A stretch of 64,000 nt of DNA. Origin: an uncultured Gemmatimonadales bacterium (GTDB taxonomy: Bacteria > Gemmatimonadota > Gemmatimonadetes > Longimicrobiales > Gaopeijiaceae). The position numbers and the translations under genes were made by a program. Below the pieces are notes generated by a model that was not told the origin of the DNA, did not search any database, and saw only the letters and a list, made by a program, of their open reading frames with translations. Below, piece by piece: positions 29,101 to 38,903 of the stretch (its first letter is position 1; every line of letters starts with the position of its first letter). The stretch spans positions 3,520,001 through 3,584,000 of the forward strand of contig CAWELD010000003.1 in the NCBI GenBank assembly GCA_963809895.1, read 5' to 3'.

Positions 29101-30501
29101 ATGGCCCTGGTCCTGATCATCGACGACCACGACTCCATGCGCGAGGGACTCGAGCTGCTCCTTCGCCGCCGGGGACACCGTACGCTGTCCGCCGACGGTG
29201 GCAAGGAGGGACTCGAGCTCCTGGACGAGGGTCCCGACCTCGTCATCACCGACCTCAAGATGGCCCATGTCGACGGCATGGACGTGCTGCGTCACGTGAA
29301 GCGGGCATCGCCCGAGACCGAGGTCCTGGTCATCACCGGCTACGGCACCATCGAGAAGGCCGTGGAGGCCATGAAGCTGGGGGCGGCGGACTTCCTCACC
29401 AAGCCGTTCTCACCGGAGGAGTTCGGGGTCAAGGTCGACCGGCTCCTGAGCCAGCGCGAGGAACGCTCACGGCTGCGCGAAGAAAACGTCGCCCTGCGGG
29501 TGGAGAACGCCTACCTGAAAGAAGAGGCGGAAGCCCGCTACGGACGCATCGTGGGCGAGTCCACGGCCATGAAGGAGGTCTTCCGCTGGATCGACCGGGT
29601 CGCCCGCAGCCAGTCCACGGTGATGATCTACGGGGAGTCGGGCACCGGAAAGGAGCTCGTGGCCCGGGCCATCCACGCCGGCAGCGCCCGCCACGACGGT
29701 CCCTTCGTGCGGGTGAACTGTGGCGCCCTGGCGGAAGGTCTCCTGGATTCCGAGCTGTTCGGGCACGAGAAGGGAGCCTTCACCGGCGCCGAAAAGAAGC
29801 GCCGGGGGCGCTTCGAGCTGGCCGACGGCGGCACGCTCTTCCTGGACGAGATCTCCACGGTGTCGCCGGCGACCCAGGTCCGGCTCCTGCGCGTCCTGCA
29901 GGAGCGGGAGCTGGAGCGGGTCGGGGGCGAGGAGACCATCGAAGTGGACGTGCGTATCATCGCCGCCACCAATACCCCGGCCGAGGTGCTGCTGGGCCAC
30001 GACGGATTCCGCGAGGACCTCTACTACCGTCTGCATGTAGTACCGATCACCCTCCCGCCGCTCCGGGACAGGCTCGAGGACATCCCCCCGCTGGTCGAGC
30101 ACTTCGTGCAGAAGCTGAGGCAGCGCACCAACGCCTCGGTGTCCCAGGTGAGCCGGGACGCGCTCGACCGCTTGAGGGGCTACGCCTGGCCCGGGAACGT
30201 TCGAGAGCTGGAGAACGTGGTGGAGCGGGCGCTGGTGCTGGCCGAGGGCGACGTTCTCGGTCTCGAGGACCTGCCACCGCTGGGAGGCAACGGCAGGGCC
30301 AACCTGACGCCTGCTCCCGACGAGTCCGGGTTCCCCGAGACGGGCCTCGACCTGAACGAGGCCATGGAGGGGATGGAGGAGAGGCTCTTGAGGAAGGCGC
30401 TGGCTCAGGCCGGCGGCGTGAAGGCCGAGGCGGCGCGTTTGCTGGGCCTGAAGCCGAGCGCGCTCTACTACAAGCTGGAAAAGTACGGTATCGAGGCGTG
30501 A
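29101..30501 (+). CDS. Sigma54-dependent (NtrC-family) response regulator
   Basis: Receiver domain (IIDD, TDLKM), GESGTGKE, GAFTGA, WPGNVRELEN, Fis-type HTH. Confidence 0.95.
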   Translation: MALVLIIDDHDSMREGLELLLRRRGHRTLSADGGKEGLELLDEGPDLVITDLKMAHVDGMDVLRHVKRASPETEVLVITGYGTIEKAVEAMKLGAADFLTKPFSPEEFGVKVDRLLSQREERSRLREENVALRVENAYLKEEAEARYGRIVGESTAMKEVFRWIDRVARSQSTVMIYGESGTGKELVARAIHAGSARHDGPFVRVNCGALAEGLLDSELFGHEKGAFTGAEKKRRGRFELADGGTLFLDEISTVSPATQVRLLRVLQERELERVGGEETIEVDVRIIAATNTPAEVLLGHDGFREDLYYRLHVVPITLPPLRDRLEDIPPLVEHFVQKLRQRTNASVSQVSRDALDRLRGYAWPGNVRELENVVERALVLAEGDVLGLEDLPPLGGNGRANLTPAPDESGFPETGLDLNEAMEGMEERLLRKALAQAGGVKAEAARLLGLKPSALYYKLEKYGIEA

Positions 30502-31469
30502 AGACGAGGATCCACGGGTGGCTTCCGCGGTTCGGGACGCCGGGAGGAGCGCTCCTCCCGGCGCTCTTCGTCATGCTCGTGGGTCTCGCCCCGCCGGCGG
30601 CGCGCGGCCAGGAGACGGCAGCCGTGGTGCAGCGGGACCTCGAGTACCGGGCGGCCCGTGACTCCTATCAGGCGGCGCTGCAGAATCTCCGGGCCCAGAA
30701 CAACGCCTTCGCCAGCATCCTGGACACGCTGGCGGGAGCGCGGCGCGGCGACGACGAGGAGCTGGTTCGCCAGTTGGAAGGTCAGGCGTACGGGTTCTCA
30801 CGGGAAATCGCTCGTCTGGATCGCCGGGTCCAGGAGCAGCGCGACAGCCTGGACAACGCCCGCAGCCGCTTGCTGGGGGCGTTGGACGATCGCCTGGATC
30901 GGGTGCAGTCCATGCTCTCCGAGAACCCGGTGCCCTCGGTTCGGCAGGACCTGGAGGCCGAGGCCCGCGACCTGCGGCGTCAGTACCTGGAGCTCGAGGC
31001 CGAGGGCGGCAACGTGCTCACGCCCCGCAACGTCATGTACCCCGCCATGCAGCCCTCGCCCCGGGACACGCCGGCGGACCTGCGCCTGAAGGTCCAGTTC
31101 GCCGAGCGCAAGGTGGAGGAGGCCAAGGCCCAGCTCGGTGAGGTGGATCGTCAGATCCAGCGATTGGAGAACCTGGTGCGCACGCAGCGGAGCGGCCGGG
31201 ACTTCATGGGACAGCTGAACCGTTTCGGCGACACCGAGGTGCCCACGGGTCCGCCGGGCCAGGCCCGCGAGCGGATCCAGGACCTGCCCACCGACACCAC
31301 CGGCGCCCTCTCCATCGAGGACCTCCCCCCCGAGCAGCGTCTCGAGGTCCTCCGACTCTTCCGGGAACAGGTGCAGGTGCAGATCGACGTCCTGGAGGAC
31401 CGGGTGCGCGTGCTCAAGGAGAGGCTTCCCCACACCGATGAAGCCATGGATGCGGAGGAGCCGAGGTGA
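30498..31469 (+). CDS. Exported coiled-coil protein, function unknown
   Basis: Signal peptide ending ARG-Q, long heptad helices, GTGA overlaps at both ends. Confidence 0.75.
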   Translation: MKTRIHGWLPRFGTPGGALLPALFVMLVGLAPPAARGQETAAVVQRDLEYRAARDSYQAALQNLRAQNNAFASILDTLAGARRGDDEELVRQLEGQAYGFSREIARLDRRVQEQRDSLDNARSRLLGALDDRLDRVQSMLSENPVPSVRQDLEAEARDLRRQYLELEAEGGNVLTPRNVMYPAMQPSPRDTPADLRLKVQFAERKVEEAKAQLGEVDRQIQRLENLVRTQRSGRDFMGQLNRFGDTEVPTGPPGQARERIQDLPTDTTGALSIEDLPPEQRLEVLRLFREQVQVQIDVLEDRVRVLKERLPHTDEAMDAEEPR

Positions 31470-32596
31470 GGCGGCGCTGGAACCAGGGGCTGGCTGCGTT
31501 GGGCGTGATTGCCGCGCTGTCTCTGCCGGCGACGGCGCGTGCGCAGGTGCGCTGGCTGGACCTGGTTCTCACCGGGGGCGTCTCGGGCGAGGGATACGAG
31601 GGCAATCTCGCTTCCGCCACGGTGCCGGTGGTGGACAGCACCGACGAGGCACGGGCCGCCGTCGGCGAATTCGGCGTGCGCGGCGCGCTCGTGCTGCTGG
31701 AGCGTTCTTCCACCTTGCTGCAGGCCGATTTCGACCTGGGGATGCGCCAGTTCGCCGCCACCGGCTTCCAGGTGCGGGACTACGCGCCCAGGGAATGGGT
31801 CGGTCAGGCGGACCTGACCTACCGACAAGGGCTGGGGCGTGCCGGCGTCCTCTTCCTGGGCGCAGGCTTCACCGGGCGCTCGGTCACCGACCGGCCGCCC
31901 ATGCCCCTCTTTCTGCAGCCGGCCTACCAGCGGCTCACGGGCTCGGCGCGCTACCTCACGCCTTCCATCCAGGGCGTGCGCTTCGATGTGGTCGGCGGGG
32001 TGGAGGGCTCGAACTACGAAGCGCCCCGGCGGGTGACCCAGCTCGACCTCCTGGATCGCAACTCGGTCTCGGTCGAGGTGGGAGCGCGCTGGGGTGTCGG
32101 CTTCGACATCCGCTTCTACACGGGCTTCCGGCAGACCGAATATCCCCACCAGGGAAGCTTCGACGAGAGCGATCCCTTCCGCCGTGATCACGCGGTGACG
32201 GTGGGCGCCCAGTGGCGCTGGGAATCCACCGTGGTGGCGGACCTGGGGGTCGAGGGCATCGTCAACCGCTCCAATTCGCGGCGCCCCGAATACGATGCCT
32301 TCACCGTCACGGCACAGCTGGCCGCGCCTCTGCCCTGGTGGGGGCTGCGCACCAATCTCTACGGCGTGCTCACCGGCAAGAGCTACGTGTACACGACGCC
32401 TTTCGCGCGGCTGGTTCCGGGCGAGGAGGCGGACAACGCATCGGTGCTCTATCTGAACCTGTCGCGGTCCATCGCCGACAACCTGGACGCATCGGTGCGG
32501 GTGGGCTGGACCAAGGCCGAGACCGATATCGGGCAGTCCTATTTCCGGCGTTCCGGGGTGAGCTTCCTGCTGAGCTACCGCCCGCTGCTACACTGA
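31466..32596 (+). CDS. Putative outer-membrane beta-barrel protein
   Basis: Signal peptide (ARA-Q), alternating amphipathic strands, C-terminal GVSFLLSYRP. Confidence 0.7.
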   Translation: MRRRWNQGLAALGVIAALSLPATARAQVRWLDLVLTGGVSGEGYEGNLASATVPVVDSTDEARAAVGEFGVRGALVLLERSSTLLQADFDLGMRQFAATGFQVRDYAPREWVGQADLTYRQGLGRAGVLFLGAGFTGRSVTDRPPMPLFLQPAYQRLTGSARYLTPSIQGVRFDVVGGVEGSNYEAPRRVTQLDLLDRNSVSVEVGARWGVGFDIRFYTGFRQTEYPHQGSFDESDPFRRDHAVTVGAQWRWESTVVADLGVEGIVNRSNSRRPEYDAFTVTAQLAAPLPWWGLRTNLYGVLTGKSYVYTTPFARLVPGEEADNASVLYLNLSRSIADNLDASVRVGWTKAETDIGQSYFRRSGVSFLLSYRPLLH

Positions 32597-33340
32597 GACC
32601 CGGATCGCCCAGCCGCCCCACCCGCCGTGGTGGCTGAGGCTGACGGCGGCGGAGGCGGTGGGACGCCCGTTCAGGTACACGCGGGGCGGCACCCGGCCGG
32701 CGGGACCCTCGGCGCACACGATGGACACGTCGCTCTCGGTCCTGGCCAACGCCTCGGCGGCGTCACGGCGGGCCCCCAGGCGCACCAGCGCCGAGGGCAG
32801 CGAGTGGACGGCCCTGGCCTCGGCGGGGGTCAGGTGCTCCGACATGAGCACTTCGAGGTCCGGCACGCCCCGGGTCCGGTGCAACACTTCCAGCTCGGCG
32901 GCCCGCCACCGGAGATCGGCAGGGAGCCCGCTGTCTTCGACGTCGATACCGGGAGCCCAGGCCAGCGCCACCAGGCAGCGCCCGGCACGCGCCATCCGCA
33001 CCGGGATGTCCCGGTCCTGGTGCCGGACGCGGGCCGCGACCAGCGAATCCCCCGGAGAAGGCAACGCCTCCACGGCCACACGATAGGTCGCGTGGCGAAA
33101 GACGGGGGCACGGCCGTCGAGGCCCGTCACCACCTTGTAGGCGGCCTCCTTGGCGGCCCACAGCGCCCACAGCGCCTCGTCGGCCTGCGCCCCGGGCCGA
33201 GCCTCGAGCCAGCGCCGTTCGCTGTCGGCCAGGATGCGGGCGAGGAAGCGGCCGTCGGAAGCCTTTCCCGGACAGCGGGGATCGTCGAGATCGACCACGT
33301 CGATCCCCACCGCCGGAGGGGACCCGGCGGACCCGGTCAG
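32588..33340 (-). CDS. 4'-phosphopantetheinyl transferase (AcpS-like); start uncertain
   Basis: VGIDVVD, WAAKEAAYK, SLSH. Start is either CTG at 33340 (overlapping the upstream TGA) or GTG at 33310. Confidence 0.82.
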   Translation of the reverse strand: MTGSAGSPPAVGIDVVDLDDPRCPGKASDGRFLARILADSERRWLEARPGAQADEALWALWAAKEAAYKVVTGLDGRAPVFRHATYRVAVEALPSPGDSLVAARVRHQDRDIPVRMARAGRCLVALAWAPGIDVEDSGLPADLRWRAAELEVLHRTRGVPDLEVLMSEHLTPAEARAVHSLPSALVRLGARRDAAEALARTESDVSIVCAEGPAGRVPPRVYLNGRPTASAAVSLSHHGGWGGWAIRVSV

Positions 33341-34683
33341 GGCATGCCCTTCCAGACGATCCGCCACAGGCGCCCCTGCTGGTCGTCGATGACGTAGAGC
33401 GAGCCGTCGGGAGCCATGGCGGCGCCCACCGGCCGCGCCGACCAGCCGCGGTCCGATCCCTCCGGCGGCTGGAAGCCGTCGGCGAAGACCTCCCAATCCC
33501 CCGAGGGAATCCCCCCGGTCATGGGCACGAAGACCACGTTGAAGCCCTCCTGCGGGAGGGGCGCGCGGTTCCAGGATCCGTGGAAGACGATGAAGGCGCC
33601 GTTCTGGTAGCGGGCCGGGAACTGGGTGCCCGTGTAGAATTCCAGGTCGTCGGGAGCCCAGTGGCCCGGGAAGCCCATGAGGGGGTCCTTCTTGTCGGCA
33701 CAGCGCCCCACCTCGGTGCCGTCGCCGCCGTATTCGGGGGCCAGCACCTTCTCGTTCTTCTCACGGTCGAAGTAGCAGTAGGGCCAGCCGAAGTCGTCGC
33801 CCTGCTGGATGCGCACGAACTCCTCGGCGGGCTTCTCCGCGCTCTCTTCCTGCGTGTAGAGATCCGGCCACAACTCGGCGAGCTGATCGCGTCCGTGCTG
33901 GACGCCGTAGAGGATGTTCCAGGTGGGATGCCAGCGCAGCGCCACCACGTTGCGGAGCCCGGTGGCGAAGCGCGTGCCGTCGGCCTGGGTCTGGTGGGTC
34001 CTGGTGCCGTCGAAGCGCCAGATGCCCGCCCGGTCCTCCAGCTGCGGGCAGGGATCCTGACCGGCCGAGCCCGCCGTGCGGGCCTCCACCTGGCAGGCGT
34101 TGGAGGGCGCGCCGATGTTCACGTACATGCTGCCGTCGGGAGCCAGGGCCACGCTCTTGGCCGTGTGGTTGCGATCGTCGGGCAGGCCCGAGACGATGGT
34201 GTCGGGCGGACCGGCGGGCGTGAGGGCGTCCTCCTGCATGCGGTAGCGCAGGACGGCGTCGTTGGGGGCGAAGTAGAGCACGCCCTCGCCCAGCAGCACC
34301 TCGTTGCCTCCGTTGTCACCCCAGCGCTCGCGCACGTCGAAGCGGGCGTCGCCGTCCTCGTCCCTGAGCGCCACCACGCCGCCGCGCTCGGCGCGGGTGT
34401 TGCTCAGCGCCACGAACACGTCGCCGTTGGGGGCCACGTCCAGATGGCGGGCCCGGCCGAGGCTGTCCAGCACCTGGATGGCGCAGAACCCGTCGGGCAG
34501 GGTCAGACCCCCGTTGTCCGGAGCGCAGTACTGCGCCAGCGACGAGGGATGGCCGGCGGGCGAGGGCTCGCCACCGGCTTCAGCCATGCCGGCGCCACTC
34601 TCTCCGCCCTGACACGCGGCGGACAGGGCCAACGTGGTGAACGTGGCGGTGGCGAGGATACTGCGGAATGCACGATGGATCAT
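33337..34683 (-). CDS. PQQ-dependent sugar/sorbosone dehydrogenase-family lipoprotein
   Basis: LTLPDGF, FATGLRN, DFGWPYCY, FHGSWNR, RPVG...APDGSLY. Confidence 0.88.
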   Translation of the reverse strand: MIHRAFRSILATATFTTLALSAACQGGESGAGMAEAGGEPSPAGHPSSLAQYCAPDNGGLTLPDGFCAIQVLDSLGRARHLDVAPNGDVFVALSNTRAERGGVVALRDEDGDARFDVRERWGDNGGNEVLLGEGVLYFAPNDAVLRYRMQEDALTPAGPPDTIVSGLPDDRNHTAKSVALAPDGSMYVNIGAPSNACQVEARTAGSAGQDPCPQLEDRAGIWRFDGTRTHQTQADGTRFATGLRNVVALRWHPTWNILYGVQHGRDQLAELWPDLYTQEESAEKPAEEFVRIQQGDDFGWPYCYFDREKNEKVLAPEYGGDGTEVGRCADKKDPLMGFPGHWAPDDLEFYTGTQFPARYQNGAFIVFHGSWNRAPLPQEGFNVVFVPMTGGIPSGDWEVFADGFQPPEGSDRGWSARPVGAAMAPDGSLYVIDDQQGRLWRIVWKGMP

Positions 34684-34748
34684 GAAGGGTCTCCAGACGG
34701 GGCGGGGGACGCGTGCGTGCGAGAATTGGCCCGGAACGCCGGGCGCTG

Positions 34749-35171
34749 TCAAGACAAACCGAGTGCCAGCCGGACGTCGTCGGGGATCCGCATGGGCCGG
34801 CGGTCCTGGCCGATCCACACCGCGACGACCCTGGCTTCCGCGAACACCGAATCGGGATCGTCGGGGTCGGCGGCGACCTGCTCGATCACCATGGACGAAC
34901 TGCGCGCCGACGCGGCGCGCGTCCGGATCGAGAGCTCCTGGTCCAGCGTGGCTTCCTTGCGATAGTCCACCTCGACGCGCACCACGTGCACGCCTTCGCC
35001 GCGACGCCCCAGCTCGTCCAGCGGGAATCCGCCCGCCGCCAGGGCCTGAAAGCGCGCGAACTCGAAGTAGTTGAGGTAGACGGCGTGGTTCACGTGCCCG
35101 AAGCTGTCCAGCTCGTAGCTTCGGGCCCGCACGCGGGTCTCGAACTCGGGGCGGTCCTCGGGGGATTCCAT
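34749..35171 (-). CDS. Acyl-CoA thioesterase (4HBT/YbgC hot-dog fold)
   Basis: ELDSFGHVNHAVYLNYFEFAR. Confidence 0.9.
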   Translation of the reverse strand: MESPEDRPEFETRVRARSYELDSFGHVNHAVYLNYFEFARFQALAAGGFPLDELGRRGEGVHVVRVEVDYRKEATLDQELSIRTRAASARSSSMVIEQVAADPDDPDSVFAEARVVAVWIGQDRRPMRIPDDVRLALGLS

Positions 35172-35269
35172 GGGGCCATGGGGAGGGAGCGCGTGGTGGA
35201 TCGTGAAACGACCCCGAGGCCGGGTCTGGTGTTCCCGGGGGCGGGCGCCCGTGGGCGGTGGGCGAGCTC

Positions 35270-37855
35270 CTACTCGGCGCGCAATGCGGACACGGGATCC
35301 ACGGAGGCCGCGCCTCTCGCCGGCAGCGACGACGACACCAGCACCATGGCCAGGAGCGCCACGGGGACGGCCACGAGCACCGTGGGGTCGGTGGGCTCCA
35401 CCTGGTAGAGGAGCTCCTGGAGGCGTGGACCCACCAACAGCGTCACGCCCAGTCCGACGCCCACCCCCCAAGAGCCCATGCCCAGGGCGCCCAGGACCAC
35501 GCGTTGCACCACGCGGCCCCGGTCCGCTCCCAGCGCCATGCGGATGCCGATCTCGCGGCGTTGCTGGTCCACCATGCTGGCGACCATTCCGTAGACGCCG
35601 GCCAGCGCCAGGAGAAGCGCCACCCCCGCGAATCCCCCCAACAGCCCCGTCTGGAATCGCCGCGCCGCCGTGGACGCCCTGATCTGGCCCGGATACGTAG
35701 CCAGATCCGCCAGCAGCTGCTCGGGATCGGCCTCCTGGATCGCGGAGCGCAGGGCGGCGGACGGAGGGGCCGGCGCCGTGGAGCGAACCGCCAGCGAGAG
35801 CGCTGTGGGTCCCCGGGATTGCCGCAGGGTCAGATAGAATCCGGGGCCGGCCTCACTGGCGAGCGAGAAGTCCCGGACGTCACCCACGACGCCGATGATC
35901 TCCACGGGCTCGACGTCGCCGAGGTCGACCATCATGCGGTGACCCACCGGGTTCTCTCCCTGGTAGAAGCGCTCCACCAGCGCCTGGTTCACCACCATGC
36001 GCAGGGGGGCGCGCCCGTCGTCGGACCGGTCGAACCCCCGGCCCCGCAGCACGGGGATGCGCAGGGTGTTGAAGTAGTCGTCGGACACCACGCGCACCTG
36101 GGCGGTGCGACGGCCGTCGCTGACCTGAGCGGGCGGGTCCTCTTCGGGATAGAGGTAGGTGTCGCCGCCGTTGCCGCTCAGGGGCAGCATGTTCGCCATG
36201 GCCACCCCGGTGACGCCGGGCAGGGCCTGGAGGCGCGTGTCGATCCGGTCCAGCATGGACATGTAGGTTTCGAGATCCGGATACCGCGACTGGGGCATGC
36301 GCAGCGTCGCGGTCCGGACCCCCGCCGGATCGAAGCCGGGGTCCACGGCGGTGAGGCGCATGAGGCTCTTGGTCAGGAGCGCGGCCGCGGTCAGCACCAC
36401 CACGGTCATGGCCACCTCGGCTCCGGCCAGGATCTTCCGGGCCCGGGGCGCGGCGGTGGTGCGGGTGCCGCTGCGGGCGCGAGCCGGCGCCCGCGCCAGG
36501 TGGAGCGCCGGAGCCAGGCCGAAGAGGATTCCCACCAGGGCGGTGATGCCCACGGCCGCGGCCAGCACCGGACCGTCGACGCTGGCGCGAGCGAGCCCGG
36601 GGAGGTTGTCGGGACCGAAGCGCACCAGGGCCCACAGGGCCAGGTGGGCGACTCCCACGCCGGCGACCCCGCCCACCGCCGCCAGGGTCAGGCTCTCGGT
36701 GAGGAGCTGGCGGACCAGGTGGCCCCGGGTCGCCCCCAGGGAGCTGCGGACGCTCATCTCCGTGGCGCGGCCGGCGGCCCGGGCCAGGAGCAGATTCGCC
36801 ACGTTGGCGCACGCCACGCCCAGGATGAGGATGGTGGCCACGAGGAAGAGGAGCACCGCGCTCTTGCCGGTGCCCACCAGCACGTCGCCCAGCGGCCGCA
36901 GCAGGGGGCGCCATTCGGTGTTCGTGTCCGGATACGACGCTTCCAGGCGTTGGGAGAGTCGGTCCAGGCGTTCCTGCACGCCGCTGACGGTCATCCCGGG
37001 GGCCAGACGGCCCACGGGCCGGAGAAAGTGGTAGCGCCGCTCCTGCCAGCCTGGAGCGCCCCAGGTGAAGGGGATCCACACCGATGCGTCGAACGGTGGC
37101 TCCAGCGACGGGGGCAGAACGCCCACCACCGTGAGCGTCAGGTCGTCCAGGTGGATCGCGGTGCCGAGAACGTCGGGGTCGCCGCCGAAGCGTCGCATCC
37201 AGAGATCGTGGCCGATCATGGCCACCCGGGGCTGCCGTCCCTCGGTCTCGTCCGGGCGGAAGCTCCTGCCCAGCGTCGGCTCGAGCTCCAGGGCCTCGAG
37301 CAGGTCGTGCGAGGCCGGCAGGAAGTCCACCTGCTCCGGCTCGCCGGTGCCCGACGTGAGGGCCGCACCGGAAGAGAACGACGTGGCGGCCAGCGTGGAA
37401 AAGCCGAGATCGGCCTCCAGGTAGTCCCGCAGGTCCGGCGGCGACACCGAGGCGAAGCCCGAGCCGTCGGGCGCGCGGCTCCCCCACATCCACACCAGGT
37501 CGGAGCCCTCGGGATAGGGCAACGGGTTCACCACCACCGCATTCACCAGGCTCACCATGGCCGTGGCCCCACCGATGCCCAGAGCCAGCATGGTGACCGC
37601 CACCAGCGTGAAGCCCGGCCGACGCCTGAGGCCCCGTAGCGCCCGTCGCAGGTCGTGCCACCGTGTACCCATTCCCCTCCCCTCCTCCCATCGAAGCATG
37701 ATGGCGTGGGGGACGATCCCCCAGACCCTGCGCCACGCGGCGGCCCGTCCCCGACGGCGCGCGGTCACCTCGAGCTCGGCCCGCCACTCCTCCAGCCATC
37801 GCGCCCGAGCGGCCGCCGGCATGATCAGGGCCGCCAGGCGCAGCAGAAGGCCCAC
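35270..37855 (-). CDS. ADOP-type duplicated MacB/FtsX ABC permease
   Basis: PGFT..LALGIG, CANVANLLLARA, DPGF, REIGIRMALGA, C-terminal DPVSALRAE. No ATPase gene adjacent. Confidence 0.9.
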   Translation of the reverse strand: MGLLLRLAALIMPAAARARWLEEWRAELEVTARRRGRAAAWRRVWGIVPHAIMLRWEEGRGMGTRWHDLRRALRGLRRRPGFTLVAVTMLALGIGGATAMVSLVNAVVVNPLPYPEGSDLVWMWGSRAPDGSGFASVSPPDLRDYLEADLGFSTLAATSFSSGAALTSGTGEPEQVDFLPASHDLLEALELEPTLGRSFRPDETEGRQPRVAMIGHDLWMRRFGGDPDVLGTAIHLDDLTLTVVGVLPPSLEPPFDASVWIPFTWGAPGWQERRYHFLRPVGRLAPGMTVSGVQERLDRLSQRLEASYPDTNTEWRPLLRPLGDVLVGTGKSAVLLFLVATILILGVACANVANLLLARAAGRATEMSVRSSLGATRGHLVRQLLTESLTLAAVGGVAGVGVAHLALWALVRFGPDNLPGLARASVDGPVLAAAVGITALVGILFGLAPALHLARAPARARSGTRTTAAPRARKILAGAEVAMTVVVLTAAALLTKSLMRLTAVDPGFDPAGVRTATLRMPQSRYPDLETYMSMLDRIDTRLQALPGVTGVAMANMLPLSGNGGDTYLYPEEDPPAQVSDGRRTAQVRVVSDDYFNTLRIPVLRGRGFDRSDDGRAPLRMVVNQALVERFYQGENPVGHRMMVDLGDVEPVEIIGVVGDVRDFSLASEAGPGFYLTLRQSRGPTALSLAVRSTAPAPPSAALRSAIQEADPEQLLADLATYPGQIRASTAARRFQTGLLGGFAGVALLLALAGVYGMVASMVDQQRREIGIRMALGADRGRVVQRVVLGALGMGSWGVGVGLGVTLLVGPRLQELLYQVEPTDPTVLVAVPVALLAMVLVSSSLPARGAASVDPVSALRAE

Positions 37856-37857
37856 GT

Positions 37858-38181
37858 TCAGCTCTCCTGCGGCGCCGCGTCGGTTGCTTCGGCTTCCAGG
37901 AGCCCCGCGCTCCGGAAGCGGGCTCGGGCTTCGTCCAGCGCGGTCTCGCCGGCGCCGGTGACACGGTAGTAGCGCCGGCGGGGGCGGCCCGCCTCGCGAG
38001 CGAGCTCGTCGGATTCCCAGGTGGACGACACCAGGCCGCGCCGCTCCAGCGTCGACAGCGCCGGATACACCGTCCCGGTGGCCAGGCCGGTGCGCTCGGC
38101 CACGTCGAAGCCGTATCGGCAGCCGCCGGCCAGCGCGCCCAGGACGGCCAGCGTGGCCGCGCCGAGACCTCGTGGGCTCAT
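37858..38181 (-). CDS. PadR-family transcriptional regulator
   Basis: YGFDV...GTVYPALSTLE..GRPRRRYYRVTGAG. Confidence 0.9.
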   Translation of the reverse strand: MSPRGLGAATLAVLGALAGGCRYGFDVAERTGLATGTVYPALSTLERRGLVSSTWESDELAREAGRPRRRYYRVTGAGETALDEARARFRSAGLLEAEATDAAPQES

Positions 38182-38279
38182 GGGAGCACCCCTGTCCCTT
38201 GGAGTCGAGACGAAACGCGCCGCTCCCCGGGGCAATCCGCCGGACGGGCCCGGGGGGGCTCCGGCAGTGGCGGCGATGC

Positions 38280-38298
38280 TATATAGAAGTTCTATCTA
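38280..38298. promoter_or_regulatory. AT-rich inverted repeat, candidate PadR operator
   Basis: TA-T-ATAGAA-G-TTCTAT-C-TA about 100 bp upstream of the padR start. Confidence 0.55.
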
Positions 38299-38338
38299 AA
38301 CCGATGGGATCCGGCAAGTGGGGGGGTGCCGCAGGGAA

Positions 38339-38887
38339 TCAGCCGTCGGCCCGGCGGCCGAGGATCGCCGCCCGGATCCGTTGTAGCTGCCGCACGTGGG
38401 CCAGGTCGTGTCCCGCCAGCAGCTCCACCATGCGCCACAAGGACTCGGGACCGCGTTCGGCGTGGGCGCCTTCCACGGACCATTCGTCGGCGGAGCGGCG
38501 CTCCAGCCAGCGCAGGTTGAGCTCCCGCAGGGTCGTGAGCTCGGCGAGGCTCTCGTCGATGTCGGTCCCCGCATAGTCCTGGGCCCGGGCCCAGGCGTTC
38601 TGATCGACGCTCTGGACCTCGTCACCGGGCTGGGACAGCACCCGTCGCAGCCGGTACCAGTAGATGCCTTCCATGTCGGCGAGGTGTCGCACGACTTCCG
38701 CTACCGACCATTTGCCCGGTGCCTCCGGAGCCCGGCGTAGCGCCGGCGGGCAGGCATCGACCTCGCGTCGCACCCCCTCCGGCAGCTCCCGGAGCACCTC
38801 GAGGGGGTCCCTGGACCCGAGCAGCCTCAGAAGGCCGTCGGCGTAGGCCTGCGCCTCGTCGGGATCGTTCGGTGTGGGCTTGTCCAT
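38339..38887 (-). CDS. DinB-family protein
   Basis: PGKWSVAEVVRHLADME and GHDLAH metal-binding histidines. Confidence 0.88.
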   Translation of the reverse strand: MDKPTPNDPDEAQAYADGLLRLLGSRDPLEVLRELPEGVRREVDACPPALRRAPEAPGKWSVAEVVRHLADMEGIYWYRLRRVLSQPGDEVQSVDQNAWARAQDYAGTDIDESLAELTTLRELNLRWLERRSADEWSVEGAHAERGPESLWRMVELLAGHDLAHVRQLQRIRAAILGRRADG

Positions 38888-38903
38888 GACGATCAGGAGT
38901 CTC

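Noticed and set aside
32588..35171. PPTase plus thioesterase as part of a PKS/NRPS cluster
   Set aside because: No ACP, KS or adenylation domains are in the window, and a link to the spt cluster several kb away is unsupported.
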